Of a DNA stretch of 64,000 nucleotides, positions 36,741 through 47,250 are shown piece by piece. How positions within the stretch are numbered: the stretch's first letter is position 1; the number at the start of each line of letters is the position of its first letter. A program made the position numbers and the translations under genes. The notes under the pieces are model-generated. The model ran no database searches and had not been told where the DNA came from. It was given only the letters and a program-made list of their open reading frames with translations. Origin of the DNA: Trichodelitschia bisporula (lineage: Eukaryota); contig ML996705.1 of NCBI GenBank assembly GCA_010356995.1, positions 1 to 64,000 of the forward strand. Reading direction: 5' to 3'.

Positions 36741-36988
36741 TTGTCACTGCCTCCTCACGTGCTCAATGTGATCGTGATGTACATTCGTCGTCGAACGGCC
36801 CGTAAGCCCTGCCGAAAATAAACCCGGTCCCTGATATCGAACCTGGAGGTAGCTCCGTGATACCCAAGTCTATCATATACAAGCCGTAACGTCCATAACA
36901 GCCATATCAATCATACAGACATAGCACCCATATCAATCACATCAGCATAAATCATCCCCAACCCCAACCTCAGCCTCACCCTCCCCTT

Positions 36989-38686
36989 TCATACCCTACA
37001 AACTCCCTCCCCCCACCCAACCCCCCACCGCACCCCGCCCATAACCCCAACCGCCACCGCCACCCCACTCACCACCGTCGCCAGCCCATACCCCCAAGCA
37101 TGTCCCCTCCTCAACCCGCTCAACTCCGCCACGAACGTACTCACAGTCGTCAAACACCCGCACCCCCCATCCATCACCCCCTGCCACACCTGACACCCCA
37201 CCCCACTCCCCGCCGTACCCGTCCGCTGTAGGTCAAGCAAAACACCTAACCCCACGGTGCCGAAGACATTCACCGCGAATGTACCGAGTGGGAAGGAAGG
37301 CCGCACGCCGTTCAGCGCCCCGCTGACGTACCACCGCGCGAGACACCCTGCGGGCGCGAATACGCACGCGAAGAGCGCGTCGCCGCGCCAGGCCTTATGG
37401 GGCGGGAAGATGGCCATCAACACCGCCCCAATCCAAGCCAGGGTAGCCACAGGAACAATGCCGATATTAAGCACCTTCCGGAGCCGCGGATGCGCCCTCG
37501 GCATCCACTTCTCCACCCCCAGCGCACCATGCGCCCCCATCTGCAACGCCGCAATACTCAGCGCCATCGTCGTCAAAATCACAGCCAGCAACGCCGCAAG
37601 CCCCTTCTCCGGTGCGCGATGCACGGTGCTCGTCATACTCGGGAGAACCGCGCCAGGCGGGTAGGGGTGATTAAGCGGGGAGGGCAAGTCGTTGGACAGC
37701 GCGAGGAAGGCATCCCGCATGAGGGAGGAGAAGGAGGTTAGGCTCCCGCAGAAGCCGGTTGTGAGGCCGACGTAGAGGGGGATTGCTTTTTTGGGTGGTG
37801 CGGTGGCGGGCTGCTTGCCGGTGGAGGTGGACGACGCGCCCATCTCCTTGTTGTGAGATGCCGATGTCGATGCCGAAGTCATTGCTGAATTCGATGCCGA
37901 TGAGCCACCCTTCTTCCCCTTCTTCCCCTTCTTCCCGTCCTCCCCGTCAGTAGCGAAAAGCCTCCTATCCTCCGCCAAAAAACCCATAACTAAACACCCC
38001 GCCGCATTCGCCCACGCCACGCCTGTCACCAGCGGCGCACCCGGATATACCGTAATCGCCTGAATTCCCAGCCGTGCCAACGTCCCTAGGATGGAAAAGA
38101 AAACCAGGTACGCAATCGTAACCACTTTCCCCCCAACCACGGGCGGAGCCTCGCTCTCCCGCCGTATCCCCTCTTCAAGCGACTCGAGCCTCAATTCCCG
38201 CCCTTGACTGTCCGTCGTGGCTATGGGCGGCGGTCCGGCTTCCTCGGTCAGTACCGGGCGGGAACTCAGCGGTCGCCGCCCGGGCACAGCGACGGAACTC
38301 CTCGTTCTGGCGCGGGCCCGTCGAGCGGGGCGGGGTCGTTCGGGACCATCTGTGTCGGCTGTGGACGCGGTATCCCGGCGGCGCCGGCCCCGTGGCTCGG
38401 CCCAGGACTGTCGGCGCTTGCGCTGCACGGGAGTGTCGCGGGGCGCGGCGGCATTGCGTGATGTTCGGTCTAGGGCGGAGAGGCTCTGTGCGGCGTGAAT
38501 TGGTCGTTGAGGAGTTGTGGGCGCGGGGGAGGCGGCGGATTGCGGTCGAGGCGATGCGCGTTGAGCGGCGTAGAAGGACACGCGACGGGAGAGCGCGGGG
38601 GATTGGGATTGCGGGGTAGAGGGTGGGCGAGGATGGTTTGAAGAATTGGACGCGGGGGGGTGTGAAGAGAGCGGTTTGTCGGCCAT
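36989..38686 (-). CDS. FEX1: Fluoride exporter FEX (two CrcB/Fluc domains)
   Basis: Motifs FFSILGTLARLG, WANAAGCLVMG, GLTTGFCGSLTSFSS, FPLGTFAVN and GGCGCLTTVSTF. The first in-frame ATG is at 38686. Confidence 0.9.
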   Translation of the reverse strand: MADKPLSSHPPASNSSNHPRPPSTPQSQSPALSRRVSFYAAQRASPRPQSAASPAPTTPQRPIHAAQSLSALDRTSRNAAAPRDTPVQRKRRQSWAEPRGRRRRDTASTADTDGPERPRPARRARARTRSSVAVPGRRPLSSRPVLTEEAGPPPIATTDSQGRELRLESLEEGIRRESEAPPVVGGKVVTIAYLVFFSILGTLARLGIQAITVYPGAPLVTGVAWANAAGCLVMGFLAEDRRLFATDGEDGKKGKKGKKGGSSASNSAMTSASTSASHNKEMGASSTSTGKQPATAPPKKAIPLYVGLTTGFCGSLTSFSSLMRDAFLALSNDLPSPLNHPYPPGAVLPSMTSTVHRAPEKGLAALLAVILTTMALSIAALQMGAHGALGVEKWMPRAHPRLRKVLNIGIVPVATLAWIGAVLMAIFPPHKAWRGDALFACVFAPAGCLARWYVSGALNGVRPSFPLGTFAVNVFGTVGLGVLLDLQRTGTAGSGVGCQVWQGVMDGGCGCLTTVSTFVAELSGLRRGHAWGYGLATVVSGVAVAVGVMGGVRWGVGWGEGVCRV

Positions 38687-39479
38687 TGAAGCGTCGCGAT
38701 AATCCTGGCGCGTCAATAACGGTGTCGATAATTCTCAAGCATAGCGCGCAACCAGGTTCCGTTCCGCAGGATATATTACGGTAGCTCCCCCAGCGCGGGC
38801 CCGGGTTGGGGGGAGGTTGGAAGATCGACGGCGAGCGTTTGTTCCCCGCCCCCTGCGGCGAGCATGCGCACGGTGCGCCAGTCGTGCAGTGACTATTCAG
38901 CAGAACCCGATGGAGAAGTCGGTGATGCGGATCGGGTGCGATTCGGGAGGAGAGCGTGCGGCGTTGAGGAGGCGTTCTGCGCTGCGGGCGGCGGGGGTGG
39001 GCGATTGGCGGTGATAGTGGCTTTTGACAGGAGGCGTTGACGTCGGGCTGGATGTGGAGTTTCCGGCGAGAGCTGAGAGAACGCAGCGCGAGTCGCGCCG
39101 CGATGAAGCTTTGCTTGCTGTGCCTCTGACTATTTCTCAATCGCTGTGCTCAAAGCTTCTATTACAGCTTCGCGCTCCGCGGCATGCTTCCCCGCATGCA
39201 GCAGCTCGATCCGGCGAACGTGCTGCCGCTACGTAACAAAGCCGGTTTCGCGCGCGGCGATAGGTTGGCTGCGGGACGGCGGCTCTTCACCGTCTTATCA
39301 TCCTGCAGGACAGGACAGGACAACGGCTTACGGACTCCACCTTTGATAATAACCTCTCCTCCTAATAAAGGCTGTTTGGATATATCTCTCCTCTCCAGCT
39401 CCTGTGTCTTCGTTCAGTTCCTCCTTCTCTTCGTTGACGACCTGTGTGACATCTACGGCACACCTCCCCCGCACTCACC

Positions 39480-40234
39480 ATGGCCCTCCCCACAAACGCC
39501 CACATCTCCACTCACCCCTGCGTCCTAGCAAAGCTCTCGCAACTCCGCTCAGCCAACACACCAGCGCGGGACGTCAAAACCCTCGTGCACGAAATCGCCA
39601 CGCTCATCGGGTCCGAAGCGCTGGCCGCAACCCTCACAACCACCGTCTCGGGCAGCGTGCGTTCCCCCTCCCTTCCTCCCTCCCCCCCTTCCCTACCCCC
39701 TCAAACTCACCCTAACAGGACAAATCCCCCCTCGGCGAGTCTTTCGATGTGTATACAACCTCCCCCACCAAAATCTCCCTCGTCCCCATCCTCCGCTCTG
39801 GCCTCGCCATGACCGACGCCCTGTCCGCCCTCCTCCCCACCCCAGTACCCATCCATCACCTAGGCATGTACCGCGAGCGCACGACCCTCCAGCCAGTGGA
39901 GTACTACAACAACCTGCCCTACCACGGAACCTCAACTACCGGGCACGCAGCCGCAGACGCCGGACCCTCCGAACTGGCCATCGTGTTAGATCCGGTTATC
40001 GCAACCGGAGCGACGGCACATGCGGCAGTTGAAACGTTGCGGGAGTGGGGGGTTAAGAAGGTGGTGGTGCTGTCTGTGCTGGGGAGTGAGGAGGGGGTGC
40101 GAAGGGTGGCGGAGGCGTGGGAGGGGGTGGAGGTTTGGGTGGGTGGTGTTGATCCGGGGGTTAATGAGCGGGGGATGATTGTGCCCGGGTTGGGAGATGT
40201 GGGCGATAGGCTGTTTTTGACGGTTGGGAAGTAG
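39480..40234 (+). CDS. Uracil phosphoribosyltransferase
   Basis: Motifs LVPILRSGLAM, GMYRERTTLQPVEYYNNLP, LDPVIATGAT and IVPGLGDVGDRLF. One intron at about 39657-39718. Confidence 0.92.
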
Positions 40235-42473
40235 AGCTGGATGAGCTTGGACTGTCGTTTGGTGTGGTGGTTGGGAAAGGGGAGGATTGGAAAACGAAGG
40301 AATGAAGGAATGAAGGAATGAAGTTGGAGATGACGACAAGATGAATGCAGAGTCAAGGCGTCGATGCTGAGGTTTTGGTGCTCACGAAATGCCGGGTACA
40401 TGACGTCATCGCTGCTCATTGACCCAAACTTTCAGCTCAAACCCCCTAGGCCCTGAAGAGGCCACTAGCTCCGTCCGTCAGGCTTTTTTTGACCGCAATG
40501 CTCCATCTTCCTCGCCAGACAATTGTCCTCAGCGTTGAAGGCATCTGGGCTGTACGAAGAGCACAAGATGGGGCATATGTGGCGGGAAGCTTACCGTTCA
40601 GTACGGTGGAGGTTATGATGCTGAGGATATGCTGGCCGCGTACCTCTGGGTCTATCATCCCCACAGCGACAGCTTAAATATAGCAACAGCACCGTTGGTA
40701 GTCGTTGCTCCCTAACGGTAATCCCACGGCCCGCTCCGAGAACCTCACTAGCAAGAAGATGGCGCGTAAGGGTAAAGCGGAGCCTCAAAAACGTCGAGAC
40801 CCACCAGATGCAATGCCAGACCCACGAAAAGGCCCACAAAGTTGTGGCAGTGCAAAGGCCGCGTGATGCATGTGCGTCTAATATCCCATTGCTGCGGCCG
40901 GTATTCGCGGTCGTCCTCACAGACAAAGGGTCGGGAAGCGCGTTGGACATGCTGCCGTAGACCGCGAGGCTGGATTTCTTCACTTTTGCCACGAACGACG
41001 TCCGTTGGAAGACCCGATGGAACATCTAAACGGCGTTAGTGCAGTGGCAACGTCCTTCTCCACCCCCGAACCCCGACAATCCAGGCTGGCGGCCGCAGCC
41101 TAGCAAACGACCACAGTGTGGAGTCCAGTGCGTACCCGCAACGGCACCCTACCGGGCACGCTGGGCGTTTCGTCCGTCAGCGAATAGGCACAACGCTCAG
41201 AGCTCGCAGCCAATCAGCCTTTTTCGCAGCCAACCATAATGTCGACGACACTCAACGGCACTCAATTCCGGACTAACGATATGACGTTCGCCGCGGACGG
41301 AGAGTGATTGCGGCTGGGAATGAACAATGGACTATAGCATTAAACAGGCAGTAAGTGCAACGCCGCAGAGGTGAAAGCACAAAAGACGAGCGTACAATCG
41401 ATCCACAAGTCCAATCAGACGATGGCCTTTGAACGTGGTCCGGTTGTCATGGCACAGCCAGGAAGCCCGCATCCTCCACCTCGCACCAAGGTATATCCCA
41501 CGTCACGACATACTCCGCACGTACCCGTCCCTGAAGGTGGGGTGGTTTGCGCCGTGCAATCTGCGATCATTGCGATGTTGCACACGCGGTGGCTGGTGAA
41601 GAGATGAAGGTGTTTTGCCGACGGGTGAAGGGTGAATCTAGATGAAACGGGTGACAGGTGAAAGAGGGCGAGATGATGGAGCGACAAAGAACGAACAAAC
41701 GACGCAAGGGATGAATGAGAGAGAAAGAGGGCAAATATGAGAGGGGCTGAGAGATGTCGGCTGCTAGTTGCCCTTCCACCTCCTCTGCTGTCCTCCCCTT
41801 TCTCGCCCACTCTTCACCCTCTTTGTCGGCTATCAATCACGGTCGACAAACGGAAAGAGCAGCAGCAGGTCCCAACGGTCAAAGAGTGGGTCGCTACTGC
41901 ACCTGTCTGTCGTGAATTGCGCCATCTGTGCCCCTACAGCCCCTCCAGCCCCTCCAGCCCCTCCTTCGCCCCCCCCCCCACATTCCACGCAAGTCGTGAC
42001 TTCCATTTGCAGAGACGAGACGAAGGAGGTCGTCATTGCCTTAATTTCCCTCCCCCTCCGTCTCTCCTTCCCTCTTTCCGTGTCGCCCTTCTCCCCCCAC
42101 TCGCACCTTCCCTCATTATCCGTCTCCCACGTCCGGTCGTCCCACTCCTTCTCTACTCCGTGCCCCGCCCCCGCCTCGTGGTCCCGCCCAACACTGCGTC
42201 GTCGTCCCAGCCAGCCATCGGAACCCCCAAGACTTGAATTCACCGAGCCCTCGCCTTCTTCACGTCTTCAGCTCCGCGACCCGTTGCCCATCCAACGCTT
42301 CATCTTCTTTCACCAGTCGCTTCCGTTCGCTGCTCGCTTGCACACACCGCTTGTCTTTACGCATAGCTTGCCTTCGTTTAGTACCATCACCTCCCGAAGC
42401 AATCCTACTTCTACACGAGTACCGCCTTTCAAACATCCAGAAAAACTCGGACATCGTTAGCAACAGCGCAATC

Positions 42474-43307
42474 ATGCACTTCTCTGTCATCGTTCCTTTC
42501 ATCCTTGCCGCCGCCGTGGGCGCGCAGGATGCGACTCCCGTCAACAACAACCCTCTGGGTGCGCAGTACCTCGCCATCATGCCGGCGGGTGGCAACGCGG
42601 GCATCGACGCTCAGTTTGTTGCGCAGTCAACCGAGGATGGCGACGGCGTCATGTTCATGATCAACATCAACGGCGAAGTCCAGGAGGGCGGTCCCTTCAG
42701 TAAGTGCAACTGCGCAGAGGATACAATCAGCAGCTCACCTTCAGTGTACCACATCCACGAGAATCCTGTCCCTGATGATGGCAACTGTACGGCTACCGGT
42801 GGCCACCTTGACCCGTTCGGCCGCGGTGATGCTACTGCCTGCGATGCTAGTGCGCCGGAGTCGTGCCAGGTTGGCGACCTGAGCGGCAAGTACGGCACCA
42901 TCCCTGCGCTGCCGGGGTTCAGCGCCGCCTACACCGACACGTGGGTGTCGCTGGTTCCGGGGCTTGGCTCTTTCATCGGCGACCGTAGCATCGTCCTGCA
43001 CACTGCGAACAAGACTCGCCTTGCCTGCGCCAACTTCTTCCCGACAAACAACACCGTCGCCCTCAATGGCACCACTTCGACTCCCAAGCCCGCCACCAGC
43101 TCGTCTGACGAGTCGGCGTCGGAGACGACGACGACTGAGGCTGGCGGCACCGTTACCTCGGCCGATGTGGCTACGTCGACGTCCAGCGCACGCACTGTGA
43201 CAGCTCCGACTACGACATCTTCCTACATCCCGTCGGCAGCCACCAACGTCGTCGTGCCCGCGTTCCTCAAGCTCGCCATGGTTGTGCTGGTTGCGTTCCT
43301 CATGTAA
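42474..43307 (+). CDS. Secreted, probably GPI-anchored Cu-only superoxide dismutase (SOD4/5-like)
   Basis: Signal peptide, then YHIH, CTATGGHLDP, CQVGDLSGKYG, RSIVLH and RLACAN, followed by a Ser/Thr-rich stalk and hydrophobic C-terminus. One intron at 42700-42744. Confidence 0.88.
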   Translation: MHFSVIVPFILAAAVGAQDATPVNNNPLGAQYLAIMPAGGNAGIDAQFVAQSTEDGDGVMFMININGEVQEGGPFSKCNCAEDTISSSPSVYHIHENPVPDDGNCTATGGHLDPFGRGDATACDASAPESCQVGDLSGKYGTIPALPGFSAAYTDTWVSLVPGLGSFIGDRSIVLHTANKTRLACANFFPTNNTVALNGTTSTPKPATSSSDESASETTTTEAGGTVTSADVATSTSSARTVTAPTTTSSYIPSAATNVVVPAFLKLAMVVLVAFLM

Positions 43308-43817
43308 TTGCGCCATACGCTACGCAAGGCTGACATCTGTCGGCCTCTTACCACAACAGCACTTATGACGTTTTGCGGTTGCGAGACGGGGGTTCTCGTG
43401 GTTCGGGAGTTGCGGTTGGTAGATAAGTGATGTGGGAGCATTTGCACCTCAATAGTGATGGCGTGATTTGATGAAGTTAATGTCTTTCTCTCTGTAATTG
43501 GAGCGTGCGACTGGCAGCTCTGTGTGGTGGGCGCTGGGGTGTGCCTCTAGCTCTCTAGCCGTAGCTGTATTCTGAATCTCACCATGCGGTCTAGATGCCG
43601 CGGCAGTGTCTTGTTGTCCATGTTCGCTCATCTATGCCAGACAAGCCCCGTGCGCGATCGCTGGATGTGCCCCAGATCAACGCCAGGGTGACGCACAAGC
43701 GGTAGCTGATTACAAGACTAAATTAGATATTGGGACACCTAGACACCTAACCCGTCAGCCTCGTCTGCCTACAAGGGGTAACAATACCATCCCATAGTAA
43801 AAGAAAGAACATACAAA

Positions 43818-46457
43818 CTACACCCGTCCCCCCCGCTCCAATACCCCAATCAGCCTTTCCACCTCCGCCAGGTCCCTACCAGTCGCCTTCCCCCTCAGCG
43901 ACTTCAACAACTCCCCCTCTTTCCCCCTCGCCGCCTCCTCCGCCGCCCGTCCCACCATCCCACACCGCACCCACATATCCACCCGTTCACTAACACCCAC
44001 CCTCTCCACCTTCGGCACAAACAGCGCCGCAACACGCGCGTTCCCGGCGGCGAGGACGGCGTCAAAGAACGGCGCCCACCCAATCGGGGACTTTTTGAGC
44101 CTCGCGCATTCTTCGAGTTCGGTCCAGTCGCGCCGGCTGACCAGACCGCGCAGACGCACCCACCACAGCGCGCGCTCGGGGATGCGAAAGTCGGCGCTGA
44201 AGCGTTGGGCCTTTTTCCAGGCGCCGAGACGCACGAGCTTTAGTACGGTGTCGTATGCGCTGAGGCCGGCGAAACGACCGCCGGTTGCTTCGGGGGCGTC
44301 GGAGCCGAATTCGCGGTCGAGCGCTTGTTGGGCTTTGAGTAGTTTGGGTATCTCGTCGATGGTGGATCGGGTGAATGCCGCCTCCTTCGCGTCCGCGAGC
44401 ACGCGCGAAGCCGAGGCGAGTTTATCAGCCCGGACCACGCCCGTCCCGTCGAGTGCCTCATCGAGTAGCAAGCTCGCACTATCCGCGCGCCGATCGTCCT
44501 GGTAATACAAGTCTTTCAACAAATCCCGATCTCCCGCGGCGCGGGCAGACGCTTCCAGCAGCGCTGCGGCAGCAGGCCGGGGGGCAAGCGCGCGGAAGAA
44601 ACCCGCTAGAGGTAAGGACCGGCGTAAGGAGGCGAGGACGTGGAAGATTAGATCCGGGTCCGAGGACTGCGCCGCCTTGTCCAGGGCGCGGACGGGCTCG
44701 TTCATACTGAGCAGGAGCGGGACTTGCCGTCCTGGTCTTGGTTCGTGATCAAGCAGGGCGGTGGCGAGCGGGGCGCGGCCCTCGGCGAAGGCGGCCCGGG
44801 CGATGGCTTCGAAGGATATACCCGGTTTACCCGCGAGTTTCGCAACAATGAGGCGCGCAACGCCGTCGTCTGGCTCTGGGGAATGGCGGACTTTCTGCTG
44901 GGCCCAGTGGGTGTGGATTGGAGACTGGGGGAGGCGGAGGAAAGACGCTATGCGGAGGGCGTGGGCGTACTCGTGGCGGTGGATGAGGCGGGTGATCAGG
45001 CGCTCGGGCGTCAGGCGGAGGTACTGGTCGTAGGAGAGGGGGAGGCCAAGCGCATAGAAGCGGACGGCATTGAGGACGCGCAGGGTTTCGCACATATCCA
45101 CGAAGTCGTCGGAGTTGTACAGGTCGAGGACGGATTTGCCGAAGGACGCGGCTTTGAGGAGTTGTTTTTGCCAGTGGATGCTGTATTCGTGGCCGGCGGC
45201 GACGACGCAGGTGGAGACGGCTTCGTCGAGGGATTGGCGGATGAGTTGGATGTCGTCGTCGGCTTTTGGGGATTTTTTTTCGAGTTGGTCGACGGCGTCG
45301 AGGAGGACGGCGGCGGGGGAGGTGGAGCCTAGGCGGAAGACTTCTTCGGTGGCGTCTGTACATATCAGCGTCGTTCATGCCGGACAGAGATATAACCCAC
45401 CAGGCACGCGCTGCAGAAACTCGCACACCTCATTCGTGATCAGGCGAATGCCATCACAGTCTGGAATCAAGTGCACCCATCCATCGTAGTAGTACTTCGC
45501 CGCCGACCCCTTCGGCCCAACAAGATGCACCTCGTCCTCCCACGCCAGCGCCACGCAATCATTCCCACACCACTGCATGTCCTTCGGCACCGTGCGCGCC
45601 TTAGAGTCGTACTCGCTAAGCCGATTCTGAAAGTCGCTCGACACGACCCACACCTTGCCGTCGCCGGTGTACAGCGCGACAAAGCGGCCATTAGGCGACA
45701 CACTGATATGCTGAAACGGGCCCTTATCCAGCCCTCTGTCCTCCGCCTCCGTCGCATCCACCACGTATATCGTCGGTCCAATGGCGAGCAGCACCTCGAC
45801 CGAGCGGGATAGCGAGTCCGTCGGCGGAATCAGCGTCCACGACACAACCGCCTCCTCGGGGGGTGTAGCAAGCAGACGCGGGCGCGGATCATCATACCGC
45901 GTCACGGCCACGAGATGATTATTCCCAAGCAGGGCCACGAAGCCATTCCCCCAAAAGCGGCATGCAACAACGCCGTGCTCGTCCGCGCCGTGGCCCAGCG
46001 AAAACGGCACGAAGTCGCTCTGCAGGTCGTAGTAGACGCGCACCGTGCCGTCAACCGTGACTACGAGGAGTTTCTCGTCCTCCGACCACCCGAGGCCGCG
46101 GATGTGTCCTTCGTTCCACTGCCATTGTGAGCTTGCTTCGCTGCCCCTCGCCTAAAGCACGTACGTTGATGCGCCGAATCAGCTTCCCCGCGCAGCTGTA
46201 AATATCGATACTGGGCTTGAGCGCCTGCGCCCCGCGGTGTGCCTGCAGCTTGCGCTCATCGCGATGGAAGGCGATCTAGAGCTATCAGCAAAGCCCGAGC
46301 CGCATACGCGCGACGTACCTACAGCGCCGCTGTAGGGAGCTCCCGCGATGAGGTGGTTCTCGAGCTCGAGGTCCTGGTCGAAGACGTCGGTGTACAGCTG
46401 CACGCGACGGTAGAAGCGGTCGCCGACTTTGGCCCAGTTGGCGGTGGGTTTGGACAT
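43818..46457 (-). CDS. VPS16: Vacuolar protein sorting Vps16 (HOPS/CORVET)
   Basis: Motifs PTANWAKVGDRFYRRVQLY, GAPYSGA, MQWCGND, LLKAASFGKS, CETLRVLNAVR, RQVPLLL and KSPIGW. About three introns. Confidence 0.93.
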
Positions 46458-46460
46458 TAC

Positions 46461-46499
46461 NNNNNNNNNNGGGGGGGGGGGGGGGGGGGGGGGGGGGGG
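46461..46499. other. Assembly gap (10 N) followed by a poly-G run
   Basis: Directly visible, 3 bp upstream of the VPS16 ATG. Confidence 0.97.
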
Positions 46500-47047
46500 C
46501 GATGTCGGTGGTGGGTTACTGTTGTGGTGGGTTGAGGTGAGGTTGTTGGTATCGTCGTTGGCGTGGTGAACTTGGCGCGCGCGGGCGGGCCGCTGGCCGG
46601 GGATAGGGAATGACGATCATCATACGGGAACGGGAAGCAAAAACAAAGGTTGATGAGGACGGGAGAGTTATATTTGACGTCGGCGCTGCTCTACTTTCTC
46701 TGATCTCCTACGTTTTGTCTACATGTGCAGTGATAGACGATTTGCATGCTGCTGACTTGGGTGATAGCAGGCAAGAGGCCGGTCTTGGATCAGAAGCTCA
46801 ATCCCGGACACATCCCACCACCATCCCGCTCTCGAACCTCCGCCGATGCAGCCGGCCCATGATGGATGCTCCTATATTGGACTGACGTACTCCGTACAAT
46901 GCCCCGGTGTTGGACTCCGATATTGAACTCCAGAGCTGGCCGTTCCATTTCTGTTTAGACCGTTTTCTGCAAAGCCAACTAACATGTGAGCAGGTCCACT
47001 CCGAGGCGTGCGGCAAACAGAACAGCAGCTAAAAACCTCGAATCATC

Positions 47048-47250
47048 GTTTGTGATGCTGAACTGGTTCGGGTGGAGGAGGAAGGCGTTGCTGTCGCCGA
47101 TGTCTAGCTGCTCTTTTTCCTTCATGAGGCGAGCTTTCTTTTGGCTAACTTGGTGGAGAAAACGTTCGCGGATCGTGCTCGCAAGGAGGCGGTGCTCTTG
47201 GTGAGCAAGGCGGACCTCTCGTGTTCTTCGTCCAACATATCGATAGTGCT
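47048..47250 (-). pseudogene. Fragment of an SDS3 (Rpd3L HDAC subunit)-like gene
   Basis: Reads VRLAHQEHRLLASTIRERFLHQVSQKKARLMKEKEQLDIGDSNAFLLHPNQFSITN, matching the fungal Sds3 motif as I recall it. There is a frameshift just upstream (IDMLDEEHE), and unrelated sequence with a stop downstream. Confidence 0.65.

Noticed and set aside
38175..39140. 321-aa minus-strand ORF overlapping the FEX 5' end
   Set aside because: TTG start and Arg/Pro-rich low-complexity sequence in another frame; probably UTR or shadow.
46461..46499. Poly-G as a biological G4 element
   Set aside because: It adjoins an assembly gap, so its length is unreliable and it may be a sequencing artefact.
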